This document shows positions 1 through 9,264 of a DNA stretch of 17,390 nt, in pieces. The notes under the pieces are model-generated. The model saw only the letters and a program-made list of their open reading frames with translations. It had not been told where the DNA came from and ran no database searches. How positions within the stretch are numbered: the stretch's first letter is position 1; the number at the start of each line of letters is the position of its first letter. The position numbers and the translations under genes were made by a program. The DNA is from a bacterium (GTDB lineage: Bacteria; Acidobacteriota; Blastocatellia; HR10). Location of the stretch: the NCBI GenBank assembly GCA_041640655.1, contig JBEPZV010000049.1, positions 1-17,390 of the forward strand, in the 5' to 3' direction.

Positions 1-2427
1 TCAGCTACGGCGAGGGCGATCGGTTGTTTCCCCACGTTGAAGCGGCGTCCGACTGTAAACGTCCCATCTCCACGCCCTTTGAAAACTTGAACCTGCCCGG
101 TGTCCCAGTAGGCCAGCACGAGGTCTAACCGCCCATCTTGATCCAGATCTCCTAACGCCAGGGCCCGAGGTCGCCCTGGCACCGGTGTCGTCCTCACAGG
201 CTTAAAGGCTCCATCGCCCCGTCCTTGCAACACCGTCACGCTCCGTCCCATAAAATTCGCTGTCACCGCATCCGTCGCGCCATCTCCCGTCAGATCCCCA
301 ACCGCTATTGCGACGGGGCCGGGCCCGACAGTCACTGCCTGTCCTCGTACGAGCGTCCCATCTTCGCGGCTCAGGAAGACGCGAACTCGATTTCTGATCG
401 GATCCAGCACAAGTAGCCCTTGTTTCGCTCGGTTATTGCTCAGCGTGATTGTTGCGAGGCGGAATGGGAGAGCCACCAACGCTGGACTCACAACGAGCGT
501 TTCGACACTGCTGCTGTTGTTCCTGATTTGCGGATCCGGAGATGATGAGGACACGCGCGCGGAGTTCACAAGCACATCGGCCACAACGGGCGCTCGCACT
601 TCAAGGTGAAGCGGGGGAGAAGATGTCCCAGCCGGGAGCGAGGGGAGGGTGCATACGACTTCGGTGCCGATCACTCCGCATCCCCATCCGGCACCAGAAA
701 TGCCGCTCAGGATTGCGCCTTCTGGGAGCGCGTCCCTCACTTCGATGAGTGTCGCGTCGGATGGGCCCACGTTGCGAACCTCAATCCTATAGGACAGGGT
801 CTGCCCGATGATGACCGGATCCGAAGATGCGCTCTTTCTGATGCTGAGATCGGCCATGTTGCGCTCAAACCGCGCCGTGCACATTCTGTCGCTGCTCATC
901 ACGACTACCGTCGTTGGGCTTACGCCTGAACATGCTCCTCCCCATACGATGAAAGATGAACCTGGATTGGGTGTTGCTGTGAGGATTACCGCCGTCCCTT
1001 CGGGATAAGGTTCGCTGCAGTCGGGGTCGCAGGAGATTCCCGTCGGGGTACTCACGACTGTCCCTGTGCCCGTCCCAGTCTTCGATATTGTGAGGGTGAA
1101 TCGCCTGGCCTCATATGCGCCGGCATCGCAGCCGCCTCCTGTGGGTTGAGGGCGCGGGATTCCTCGTTGATCTTCACTCACAGGCGCTCCGAACGCATCC
1201 GCACAGTCAACGGCTGCATCTAGGGCAGTGCTCCCGAATTGAAGAGCGTGCGTCCACGTCAGGCCTCCATTGTTCTGTAAGGGGCCGAGGTTTATGCTCG
1301 GGGTTCCGGTTCCCCCGAAGCAGGTCCCGTCGTCATCCAAGTTCCCACCGAGGGGGATGAGAGAGCCGGAGCAGTTTCCCCCAGGGGAGTTTCCAGCGAC
1401 GATTGGGTTTTTGACTCGCGTGGTGCCGCCGGTTGATCTGATCCCTCCGCCTCCAGCGTTCGCTAAATTATAGGCCACCGTCACGAAGCTGAGGGTCAGT
1501 GTCCCTCCGTTCAAGATCCCGCCCCCTCCAGAGCCTCCTTGGGCTTCATTGCCGGAGATCGTGCTGTTGGCGATCACCATGGTGCCAAAGTTCGAGATCG
1601 CTCCCGCGTACCCACCCGAGCTTCGATTTCCTGCGAACGTACTGCGGATGACAGTCGCATTGCCTTGATCAACATGAAGGGCTCCCCCAAATGTGGCGAG
1701 ATTCCTGGAAAACGTTGTATCGCTGATAGTGAGCCTTGCGAGGGGCCCTGTTTGAAAGATCGCCCCGCCGCCTTCGGCGAGATTCTCTGAGAACGTGCTC
1801 CTTTGGATCTCTACCTCTCCGCCAGAATTGAATACCGCCCCTCCTTCCCCACCAAATGGGAGGCGATTTCTCAGGAACGTGCTGTCGAGGATGGTGACTT
1901 GACCGTTCCGGTTGGCGATCGCTCCCCCGAAGCCATCCTCCACTTCGTTGTCGGAGAATGTCACGTTATTGACGGAGACGCTGCCACCCTCATTGAAGAT
2001 CGCTCCCCCATCGCTTCCTGAGACATAGCCGTTGAGCAGTCGGAGGCCGTTCAACACCAGGTCTCCGCCGGAGACCACGTGGAAGATGCGCGATGAACGG
2101 TTCGCATCAATGGATATGCCTCCGCCATTGATCGTCAGACGTCCGGAGGGGAGGATCGAAGGGAGTTGGCCGGAATTGAGTAAGGATCGTCCCGCTGATG
2201 CTGAAGGTAAGCACATCGTCTGTGCCTGGACCTGTGCGGGAGCACTCATTGTAATTGGCGTTTGTGTTCGCGGCGATGATGGCTTCCCTGATTGAGCATC
2301 TTCCGTCGGTCCCGTCATCCGCATCGCTGAGCGTATCAACGGTGATTGTCGCCTGAGCCGCGGAGACGCGCAGCGGTGAGACTGGAACAATGACGATCAA
2401 CGATACGGTGATCGCCAGCAGCTTCAC
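1..2427 (-). pseudogene. Large secreted multidomain protein (CSLREA + GGAI/FxxN beta-helix repeats + choice-of-anchor Q + InlB B-repeat-like + DUF11 + FG-GAP/VCBS repeats); +1 frameshift near 2184; 3' end beyond window
   Basis: The first frame (GTG at 2427) gives a signal peptide then TITVDTLSD...GRCSIREAIIAAN...TFSISGTI. After skipping one base near 2184, manual translation stays open to position 1: LLNSGQLPSI..., repeated GGAIFN/GGAIAN/GGAVFN + STFxxN, LGPLQNNGGLTWTHAL...DQRGIPRPQ...CDAGAYE, TLTISKTGTGTGTV...WGGACSG, ADLSIRKSASSDPV...YRIEVRNVGPSDA, GDLTGDGATD, GDLDQDGRLD. It may be an intact gene with a sequencing error. Confidence 0.85.
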
Positions 2428-2450
2428 GGGAACCCTGTCTCTCCGGGATG

Positions 2451-2873
2451 CTAGAAGATGCGTTTGAACGCTTTGCCCACGGCTTTGCCCGCCTTGCCGA
2501 CGGCCTTGCCGGCGGCTTTACCGCCTTTGGTGGCCGCTTCGCCGGCTTCGCTCGCTCCTTTGGCCGTCGCTTGACCAGCTGCCGTCGCCCCTTTGGACGT
2601 GGCTTTAGCCGTCGTCTTTCCCGCCGACGCGCTGGCTTTGGCTGTCGCTTTCGCTCCCGTGCTCGCCGCCTTGGCCGTCGCTTCGCCTGCTTGGGCGGCC
2701 GCTTCGCCGGTCGCCTGAGCGCCCGTGCTCGTCCCTTTCGCGACGGGGTTGCGGTCTTTCTGTGGGCTCAGCCGACTCTCGGCCAGGCCGGTTGAGGAGA
2801 AGGGAAGCTCCAATCCCAGAGCGTGGATGCTGAAGACCAGACCCAAGATGGCGATCTGCCGTCTTCCTCGCAT
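2451..2873 (-). CDS. Small secreted Ala/Lys/Gly/Thr-rich protein with 11-residue repeats (140 aa)
   Basis: ATG at 2873 with AGGAGG 7 nt upstream. Basic N-terminus plus hydrophobic stretch (signal-like), about 8 repeats of the TAKAASTGAKA type, C-terminus KAFKRIF. Confidence 0.85.
   Translation of the reverse strand: MRGRRQIAILGLVFSIHALGLELPFSSTGLAESRLSPQKDRNPVAKGTSTGAQATGEAAAQAGEATAKAASTGAKATAKASASAGKTTAKATSKGATAAGQATAKGASEAGEAATKGGKAAGKAVGKAGKAVGKAFKRIF
2466..2744 (-). repeat. Degenerate 33-bp (11-codon) tandem coding repeat
   Basis: Plus-strand units resembling (c/t)ttggccgtcgc recur near 2493, 2526, 2559, 2604, 2637, 2670, 2703 and 2736: 33-bp spacing with one 45-bp interval. Confidence 0.75.
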
Positions 2874-2932
2874 CGCTGTACCTCCTGCGCTCGTTGTGTC
2901 AGAATTGAAACCTCCACATGCCGTTTGGCGGC

Positions 2933-2961
2933 AGTGTATAGGATGCGACAGGGAATGTCAA
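2933..2961 (-). promoter_or_regulatory. Sigma70-type promoter for the 140-aa repeat protein (and probably the CSLREA gene)
   Basis: Minus strand TTGACA (2961-2956), 17-nt spacer, TACACT (2938-2933). Confidence 0.75.
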
Positions 2962-4049
2962 CGAGGCGTGCGAGAGATTCCGGGTGGCTTCGCCCCGCTA
3001 CCCGGACGCGAGGGCTCTTGATCGGCGGGGTTCTGCTTGGCCTGGGGATTGCTCCGTCAAGCAGTGTGGCGCAAAAGCCGGAGGGGCCGGTCGTCGAGTT
3101 GCGCTCGGATCTGGTCTCCTTCACCGTCTCGGTCACAAGCCCGAGGGGGGAGAGCCTGCGCCATCTCACGCGCGAGGACTTCGTCGTCTATGAGAACGGC
3201 GAGCGACAGCAGATCTCTCACTTCGCGACGGTGGACGCGCCGGTGGATGTCGTCCTGCTCGTGGACACAAGCGGCAGCATGCGCGGCGAGTTGAAGACGA
3301 TACAGCGCGCCGCCGCGCGTTTCATCGAGCGGATGCGACCGCAGGACCGCGTGGCCCTTGTCGAATTCAATCGCGAGGCGATCTTGCATGTGGACTTCAC
3401 GCGGGAGCGAAAACGGGCGATCGGCGCTCTGCGAGACCTGAGGGCGGGTTCGGCGACGGCTTTTTACGATGCGCTCGCTGTCGTCGCCGATGAGCTGCTT
3501 CGTGTGGCGTCGGAGCGGAAAGCGATCGTCGGGCTCACCGATGGTGTGGACTCCGCGAGCTTCTACGATTTCCCGGAAGCAGCGAAACGGTTGGAGCGCG
3601 CGGCCGTCGCCGTGTACATCATCGAACTGGATACGGAATCGTTTGTGATCGAGGGGATACGGCGCGGAGACCTCACGCTCTCTCCGGCGCAATTGGAGCG
3701 GTATCGCCGCGTCTATCGGCCTCATGATCCTCCGTTTCGATACCGCCAGCCATTCTTCTTCACCCCGGAGGAACTGATCGAGATCACGCGCGGGTTGTAT
3801 CGGCTGGCGCGGCGGGAGTTGCGGCACTTGGCCGAGCGGACGGGCGGGCGCGTCTATCCGTTGAAGCACCTGGCGCAGTTGGACGAGGTCTACGCGCAGA
3901 TTCGCGCCGAGCTGGGAACGCTCTACAGCATCGGCTATTATCCAAGTCGCTCCGAGCGGGATGGGACCTGGCGCGCTATTCGCGTTGAGGTCGCTGTCCC
4001 CGGTGCTCGTGTCCATGCCCGATCCGGGTATTGGGCGCCCTCCAAGTGA
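2955..4049 (+). CDS. VWA domain-containing exported protein (acidobacterial VWFA-related type)
   Basis: MIDAS motif DTSGSM, TAFYDAL, LTDGVD, AERTGG, YSIGYYP and C-terminal ARSGYWAP, plus an N-terminal hydrophobic signal. ATG 2955 was chosen because the track start at 2823 overlaps the divergent gene. Confidence 0.9.
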   Translation: MSTRRARDSGWLRPATRTRGLLIGGVLLGLGIAPSSSVAQKPEGPVVELRSDLVSFTVSVTSPRGESLRHLTREDFVVYENGERQQISHFATVDAPVDVVLLVDTSGSMRGELKTIQRAAARFIERMRPQDRVALVEFNREAILHVDFTRERKRAIGALRDLRAGSATAFYDALAVVADELLRVASERKAIVGLTDGVDSASFYDFPEAAKRLERAAVAVYIIELDTESFVIEGIRRGDLTLSPAQLERYRRVYRPHDPPFRYRQPFFFTPEELIEITRGLYRLARRELRHLAERTGGRVYPLKHLAQLDEVYAQIRAELGTLYSIGYYPSRSERDGTWRAIRVEVAVPGARVHARSGYWAPSK

Positions 4050-4055
4050 GGTGTG

Positions 4056-5363
4056 ATGCGAAACCGACGATGGACGTTCCTTGTGATCTTCGCGTTCCTC
4101 GCAGCGGGAGCGATCGCTCGAACGGTCGCTCCCGCGAAGACCGCGCGCGTCGCTCAAGAGTTGTCGGTGGTTGGGCCGATTGTCGGGGAGGTGACCGAAG
4201 ACGGCGCGCTCCTGTGGGTGCGGGCGAATCGGGAGGCGATCGCGCACATCGAGTATGGGACGGATGCCGACCTGACGACGGCTCGCCTCACCGATGGGGT
4301 GCCGCTCGCCTCCGAACGGGATTTCACAGCGACGGTGCAGCTTGACGGGCTCATGCCGCATACGCGCTACTTCTACCGTCTCCACGTGCGCGATGCCCAG
4401 GACCCCTCGCGCGCCTTCATCGGTCCTGTGGGCCAATTCGTGACGGCGCCGGGAGAGGATGAGTGGGTGCCTGTGACCTTCGCCTATAGTGGAGATGCGG
4501 GCCAAGCGTATCAACCGTTCCGCCTGTTTGATGCCGTTCGTCTCGAGCAGCCCGATTTCTTCCTCTTCCTCGGCGACACGATCTACGCTGATCAGGGACC
4601 GGGGCCGGTGGCGAAGACGCTCGAGCAGTACCGTCGGAAGTATCTGGAGAACCGAAGGGACGCGGCTTTCGAACGATTGACACGGGAGACGTCGTTCTAC
4701 GTCATCTGGGATGATCACGAGATCGCCAACAATGCCAACCGCACGCATCCGCGGCTTCCCACGGCGCGCCGGGCATTCCTCGACTATTGGCCGATTCGCG
4801 AGGATGAGGAGAGCGGCGCGCGCCTCTATCGTTCGTTTCGATGGGGGCGCGCCCTGGAGCTCTTTCTGCTCGACTGCCGCCAATATCGCAGCCCACAGGC
4901 GGAGAAAGACGGGCCTTCCAAGACCATGCTCGGTGCTGAGCAGAAGGCGTGGTTGAAGGCGGCGCTTCTGGCCTCTCCGGCGTTCTTCAAATTCATCGCC
5001 ACGACCGTCCCCCTGAAGTATCACACGCGCGACTCCTGGGAGGGGTATCGAATCGAGCGCCAGGAGCTTCTGGAGTTCATCCGAGCCCATGGTCTCTCGA
5101 ATGTGATCTTCCTCTCGGCCGATGTCCATTATGCGGCCGTGCTTCGGCACGTCGAGGGCGTTGTGGAGATCATTGCCGGACCGATCGCGCAACTCCCCTC
5201 GCCGGTGGCATTTGTCGGGCGTCGCCCCGAGGTCGAATTCACGGCGACGGGCGTGTACACCTATGCCCTCGTGCGGGTGTCGCGCGAGGGCGGCGTTCCC
5301 CGCGCCGAGATCTCGATCTTCAACGCGGCGGGGAAGCGCCTGCATACGACGCGCGTCCCATGA
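4056..5363 (+). CDS. phoD: Alkaline phosphatase D family protein
   Basis: FLGDTIYAD, WDDHEI, LLDCRQYR, TMLGAEQKAWL, DSWEGY, LSADVH; N-terminal signal and fibronectin/PAP-like N-domain. Start is GTG 4053 or ATG 4056. Confidence 0.92.
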   Translation: MRNRRWTFLVIFAFLAAGAIARTVAPAKTARVAQELSVVGPIVGEVTEDGALLWVRANREAIAHIEYGTDADLTTARLTDGVPLASERDFTATVQLDGLMPHTRYFYRLHVRDAQDPSRAFIGPVGQFVTAPGEDEWVPVTFAYSGDAGQAYQPFRLFDAVRLEQPDFFLFLGDTIYADQGPGPVAKTLEQYRRKYLENRRDAAFERLTRETSFYVIWDDHEIANNANRTHPRLPTARRAFLDYWPIREDEESGARLYRSFRWGRALELFLLDCRQYRSPQAEKDGPSKTMLGAEQKAWLKAALLASPAFFKFIATTVPLKYHTRDSWEGYRIERQELLEFIRAHGLSNVIFLSADVHYAAVLRHVEGVVEIIAGPIAQLPSPVAFVGRRPEVEFTATGVYTYALVRVSREGGVPRAEISIFNAAGKRLHTTRVP

Positions 5364-5455
5364 GCGGGAACTGCGCGAGCGCGCGAAGCCGCTGCGGGAT
5401 TCGTCCTCGCGCGATCCTGTCACCGATGTGATCCGTCCCGTTCGTGGGGGAGAGA

Positions 5456-5668
5456 TCAACGGCCTCGCGCTCTCTCCTTGGAGGCCTTCAGCGGATCTTT
5501 GAATCCGGTGTCCGGCTTCTTCCCATTGGCCGAGCAATCGTGTTCGGCGGCGCGTTGCCGATAGTAAGCTTCTTTGTCCACGCCTTTCGAGATATAGGCG
5601 ACGACGGTGAACGCCGCGAAACACTTAGGACAGATGAGTCGGATCGGCTTGGCTGCCGTTCGCGCCAT
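5456..5668 (-). CDS. Small basic protein with CxxC...HxC putative zinc-binding motif (70 aa)
   Basis: ATG at 5668 preceded by AGGAGGAG (5682-5675) at 6-nt spacing. MARTAAKPIRLICPKC...EHDC..., stop TGA at 5458-5456. It fills an otherwise empty gap. Confidence 0.75.
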   Translation of the reverse strand: MARTAAKPIRLICPKCFAAFTVVAYISKGVDKEAYYRQRAAEHDCSANGKKPDTGFKDPLKASKERARGR

Positions 5669-5731
5669 GACGATCTCCTCCTGCGATGGATTAGGCGACG
5701 ACGCGCACGGACGTCGCCACAAAAGGCGAAA

Positions 5732-5760
5732 AGGTTGCCAGAAGACTTCGAGAAAGTCAA
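5732..5760 (-). promoter_or_regulatory. Candidate sigma70 promoter for the small Zn-finger gene
   Basis: Minus strand TTGACT (5760-5755), 17-nt spacer ending TGG, CAACCT (5737-5732). Confidence 0.4.
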
Positions 5761-5787
5761 CGTCTGATAGTGTACCCGCGCGATGAA

Positions 5788-5817
5788 TTGACAAGACGGA
5801 GGCGCACCCCATACCCT
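5788..5817 (+). promoter_or_regulatory. Candidate sigma70 promoter for lepB-membrane protein-carA
   Basis: TTGACA (5788-5793), 18-nt spacer, TACCCT (5812-5817). Confidence 0.55.
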
Positions 5818-5850
5818 TATTGCTCATGAGTCGGAGGCGATGAATGCGCG

Positions 5851-6585
5851 ATGAGTGAAGAGCGCCATCCGATCATCGAGGCTTCCGTGGTTCCCGCGGA
5901 GACTGCGGCGTCTTCTCCATCAGGGGAGATGCCTCCGGTGCTCTCAGACGAGTGTGTGGGCGGTTCGCCCTCGGAGCCGGTCTTGTGGGGCGGGGGCGCG
6001 CCGGATGATGGAGCGCGCGCGACGGTCGCTCCGGAGGCGCGGGCGAAGCCGGATCGGGACCTGGTCGCTCTCGGGCGGGAGATTCGCGCCTTCTTGCGTG
6101 ATCTCGCCCTCACGGTGCTCATCGCCATCGTGATCGTCGCCTTTGTGATCCAGCCGGTGCGCGTCGAGGGGACGAGCATGTTGCCGCGCTTGCACGATGG
6201 GGAGCGCATCTTCGTGAACAAGTTCATCTACAAGTTCGAGCCGATCCGACGTGGGGACATCGTCGTCTTCTGGTATCCGAATGATCCCTCGAAGTCGTTC
6301 ATCAAGCGGGTGATCGGCTTACCTGGGGAGACGATCTCGATTCGCCGTGGCGTCGTCTACATCAATGGGGAGCCGCTGCTGGAGCCGTATTTGGATCCGC
6401 GCCTTCATACGCGCGAGGAGAATATGGCGCCCGTGTACGTGCGCGAGCACTACTACTTCGTCATGGGAGACAATCGCGATTCGAGTAATGACAGCCGACA
6501 GTGGGGGCTCGTGCCGGAGAAGTACATCTACGGCAAGGCCGTCTTCCGATATTGGCCGCTCAGCAATATCGGCCGATTGCACTGA
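5851..6585 (+). CDS. lepB: Signal peptidase I
   Basis: TM helix then [10 protein letters not shown] (catalytic Ser), [17 protein letters not shown] (catalytic Lys), [12 protein letters not shown]. Confidence 0.96.
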   Translation: MSEERHPIIEASVVPAETAASSPSGEMPPVLSDECVGGSPSEPVLWGGGAPDDGARATVAPEARAKPDRDLVALGREIRAFLRDLALTVLIAIVIVAFVIQPVRVEGTSMLPRLHDGERIFVNKFIYKFEPIRRGDIVVFWYPNDPSKSFIKRVIGLPGETISIRRGVVYINGEPLLEPYLDPRLHTREENMAPVYVREHYYFVMGDNRDSSNDSRQWGLVPEKYIYGKAVFRYWPLSNIGRLH

Positions 6586-6591
6586 CCCGAT

Positions 6592-7434
6592 GTGTCCTGG
6601 GTGATTCGCACCACAGGTAAGGAGGTATGCACCCTGCCGCGAGCGCTCGCGCGTCCGATCGGTTGGTCGGAAATTGGGGGCATGGCCCTTGTGGCCTTCG
6701 GGCTCACGGTGCTTTATGAGAGTCGGCTGACGGGCGTGTTCGAGCAGGTTCGGTATCTCCTGAGCCCGCGCGGGCATTGGGATGCCCTATCGGCGCGCTA
6801 TCTCTGGGGGGCGCTGAGCGTCGCGGCGCGCGAGGGGATTGGATGGCTCGTTCTCGTTGGGGGGGTCTTCGTCCCTGCTGTTCTCCTCTTCGGGAATGCG
6901 TTCTCCGTGCGGGAGTCCTTGCTCGTGCTCTGGCGTCGGCGGTATCGTCAGGTCCTGGGCGCGGCGCTCTACGGATGGGCGATCGCTCACGGGGTGATGG
7001 TCGTTCCGGCACTCCTGGTGTTCTCTGCGGAGACGCCTCGGTATGAGGCCGCGTTGGGGATCGCCGTGCTTCCCCCCTTCGCCTTCCTCATGGGATGCGT
7101 GGTGCGACAGACCTTTTCGATGTCGCTCGGGCGGGTGCTGGCCGTCTTGCTTCCTGCGCTCGTCTCGCTTCTGGCCGCTCCAATTGTGGGCAAAAGGCTC
7201 GTCCTCGTGGCGGCCTCGCCGATGCTTGTGCTCATCGGCCATCAGCTGCTGACGCCGTACTTCCATCGCGCATGGCGCGCCGCGCGAGGCGAGGGGACGA
7301 GATTGGAGGGAGAGGCGGCAGACCGCCCTGAAGGGACGGGGCCGGTCGGTGAAGAGGCCGCGGTGGCGCGGGCCGCCATGGAGTCGGGTGTCGAGGCCGG
7401 ATCGGTATCGGAGCCTCCATCGGCGACATCATGA
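6592..7434 (+). CDS. Hypothetical integral membrane protein (roughly 6 hydrophobic segments, possibly Yip1-like); start uncertain
   Basis: Long ORF filling the lepB-carA gap, with multiple hydrophobic stretches and an acidic, low-complexity C-terminal tail. Confidence 0.7.
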   Translation: MSWVIRTTGKEVCTLPRALARPIGWSEIGGMALVAFGLTVLYESRLTGVFEQVRYLLSPRGHWDALSARYLWGALSVAAREGIGWLVLVGGVFVPAVLLFGNAFSVRESLLVLWRRRYRQVLGAALYGWAIAHGVMVVPALLVFSAETPRYEAALGIAVLPPFAFLMGCVVRQTFSMSLGRVLAVLLPALVSLLAAPIVGKRLVLVAASPMLVLIGHQLLTPYFHRAWRAARGEGTRLEGEAADRPEGTGPVGEEAAVARAAMESGVEAGSVSEPPSATS

Positions 7435-7461
7435 GACGCCCGAGTGTCTGAGGGGGCCGTT

Positions 7462-8592
7462 ATGGAAGCGATTCTCGCGCTCGAAGATGGGACGGTATAT
7501 CGAGGGGAAGCCTTCGGGGCTGACGGTGAGCGCACGGGGGAGATCGTCTTCAACACCTCGATGACGGGGTATCAGGAGATCCTGACCGATCCCTCTTATG
7601 CCGGGCAGATCGTCGTCATGACCTATCCGCACATCGGCAACTATGGGATCAACAGCGCCGACATCGAGTCGCGGCGCCCGTTCGTCGAGGGGTTCGTCGT
7701 GCGCGAATATTCGCGGGTGTTCAGCAATTGGCGGGCCGAAGCCAGCCTCGACGATTACATGAAGCACTATGGCATCGTCGGCATCGCCGAGATTGATACG
7801 CGGGCGCTGGTTCGACATATTCGGGAACGGGGAGCGATGCGGGCGTGCCTCTCGACGCAGACGCTCGATGCCGAGGAAGCCGTGCGGCGGGCGCGGGCAG
7901 CGCCTTCGATGCTCGGCCTGGATTTAGCGAGCCGCGTCACGTGCGAGCATCCCTATGTGTGGAACGAGTGGGCGGCGCGCCTGGACCCGGCGAATGATTC
8001 AAGAGGCGCTCAGCCAGTGCGGTTTCACGTGGTGGCGTACGATTTCGGCGTGAAGTTCAACATCCTGCGGCAACTGGCCGCGCGCGGGTGTTGGGTGACG
8101 GTCGTGCCCGCGCATACATCGGCCGACGATGTGCTCGCGCTGAAGCCCGATGGAGTCTTCCTCTCCAACGGACCGGGCGATCCCGAACCCCTCACCGGCG
8201 TCGTCGCGAATATCCGACGGTTGATCGGACGCGTGCCGATCTTCGGCATCTGCCTGGGACATCAACTGCTCGGTCTCGCCTTCGGCGGGCGCACGTACAA
8301 GCTCAAGTTCGGTCATCGGGGTGGGAATCAGCCGGTGAAGAATTTGCGCACGGGGCGCGTGGAGATCACGGCGCACAATCACGGATTCGCCGTGGCTGCG
8401 GAGACGCTGCCGCCGGAGATCGAGCCGACGCATATCAATCTGAACGATGGGACGCTCGAAGGCATGCGCCATCGGACGTACCCCATCTTCTCCGTGCAGT
8501 ACCATCCGGAGGCGTCGCCCGGTCCGCATGATGCCCTCTATCTCTTCGATGACTTCATCCGCGTGATGGAGCTCCATCGGCGCGAGCGGTGA
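7462..8592 (+). CDS. carA: Carbamoyl-phosphate synthase small (glutaminase) subunit
   Basis: [47 protein letters not shown] (catalytic Cys), [12 protein letters not shown]. Confidence 0.98.
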   Translation: MEAILALEDGTVYRGEAFGADGERTGEIVFNTSMTGYQEILTDPSYAGQIVVMTYPHIGNYGINSADIESRRPFVEGFVVREYSRVFSNWRAEASLDDYMKHYGIVGIAEIDTRALVRHIRERGAMRACLSTQTLDAEEAVRRARAAPSMLGLDLASRVTCEHPYVWNEWAARLDPANDSRGAQPVRFHVVAYDFGVKFNILRQLAARGCWVTVVPAHTSADDVLALKPDGVFLSNGPGDPEPLTGVVANIRRLIGRVPIFGICLGHQLLGLAFGGRTYKLKFGHRGGNQPVKNLRTGRVEITAHNHGFAVAAETLPPEIEPTHINLNDGTLEGMRHRTYPIFSVQYHPEASPGPHDALYLFDDFIRVMELHRRER

Positions 8593-8628
8593 GTCGAAGG
8601 CGGCGTTCTTCAGAAGAGCGGATCGGGC

Positions 8629-9264
8629 TCATCGTATCGCCAAGCGCAGGGCGAGAGAGAAGGCGTCCGATGAGCGTTCCCGACGCAGCGACGTGAACGT
8701 GAGCGTGAGCGCCATCGGGGGGTGGCGCGGACCCGGCTCCCCAGGAAGAGCGAGGAAGAGTATGCCGCGCCGCGTCTCTCCAGGGGCCAGTGCGGGCTTG
8801 AAGGCGAAGGCGAGCGCGCGGAACGCCTGCTCCAGCTCCTTGCGCGAGGCGATCCGATAGGCCGTCACGTCGTAGTAGTCGAAGAGCTGCCGGAGCGCGC
8901 GCTCGGGCGTGCGCACGATGAGGCGATCTCCTCGTTCATCCCGAATCTCCATACGCGCGCGGTGCAGGTGGATCGCCGCATCGCCGCGATTCGCCATCTC
9001 CAGATGGAGCGGGAGCAGACCGGCCAAGAGCAGATTCGCTCGAAAAAGTTCCAGCTGCGCTTCCTCGTCCACGATCGCGACGGCGCGAATCCTGAGGTCT
9101 GCTGTCTCCGCTTCTGCACTCGGACTCCCCGCTGGGAGGCGAATCGGCATGGGTGCGCGAAATGGCGGCGCACAGGCCGAGAGGAGGCCACAGAGGCCAA
9201 GCAGGATCCTGAAGACGCCGATCTTCAGCCTGCCGCGCGCGTCATGTTCCCCTCGCACGCTCAT
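8629..9264 (-). CDS. Hypothetical lipoprotein (211 aa)
   Basis: ATG at 9264 overlaps the upstream TGA (ATGA). Basic N-region, hydrophobic ILLGLCGL and lipobox LSA-C. Confidence 0.75.
   Translation of the reverse strand: MSVRGEHDARGRLKIGVFRILLGLCGLLSACAPPFRAPMPIRLPAGSPSAEAETADLRIRAVAIVDEEAQLELFRANLLLAGLLPLHLEMANRGDAAIHLHRARMEIRDERGDRLIVRTPERALRQLFDYYDVTAYRIASRKELEQAFRALAFAFKPALAPGETRRGILFLALPGEPGPRHPPMALTLTFTSLRRERSSDAFSLALRLAIR

Noticed and set aside
225..2295. Cluster of short plus-strand ORFs at the left end
   Set aside because: All are antisense to the long minus-strand surface protein frame, which the track missed because it runs off the window.
2466..2744. 33-bp periodic repeats as a CRISPR array or non-coding repeat
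   Set aside because: The units are contiguous, degenerate and in codon register, with no unique spacers and no cas genes. They are explained by the protein repeat.
4047..4058. VWA and phoD are in frame, separated only by TGA-GGT (possible readthrough or selenocysteine fusion)
   Set aside because: VWA ends at its typical C-terminal motif, PhoD has its own SD-like sequence and signal peptide, and no SECIS-like hairpin was recognised.
5364..5455. GC-rich inverted repeats (GCGCGAG...CTCGCGC) between phoD and the Zn-finger gene
   Set aside because: Long loop and no U-tract; plausible by chance at this GC content.
3057..5624. 855-aa minus-strand ORF
   Set aside because: It is the antisense shadow of VWA and phoD, which share one frame. 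Arg-rich, motif-free sequence is expected from high GC3.
7462..8592. carA without adjacent carB
   Set aside because: Split carA/carB loci are common in bacteria, so this is not notable.
8604..8620. Hairpin CGTTCTT-CAG-AAGAGCG between convergent carA and lipoprotein genes
   Set aside because: Weak stem with no U-tract on either strand; insufficient to call a terminator.
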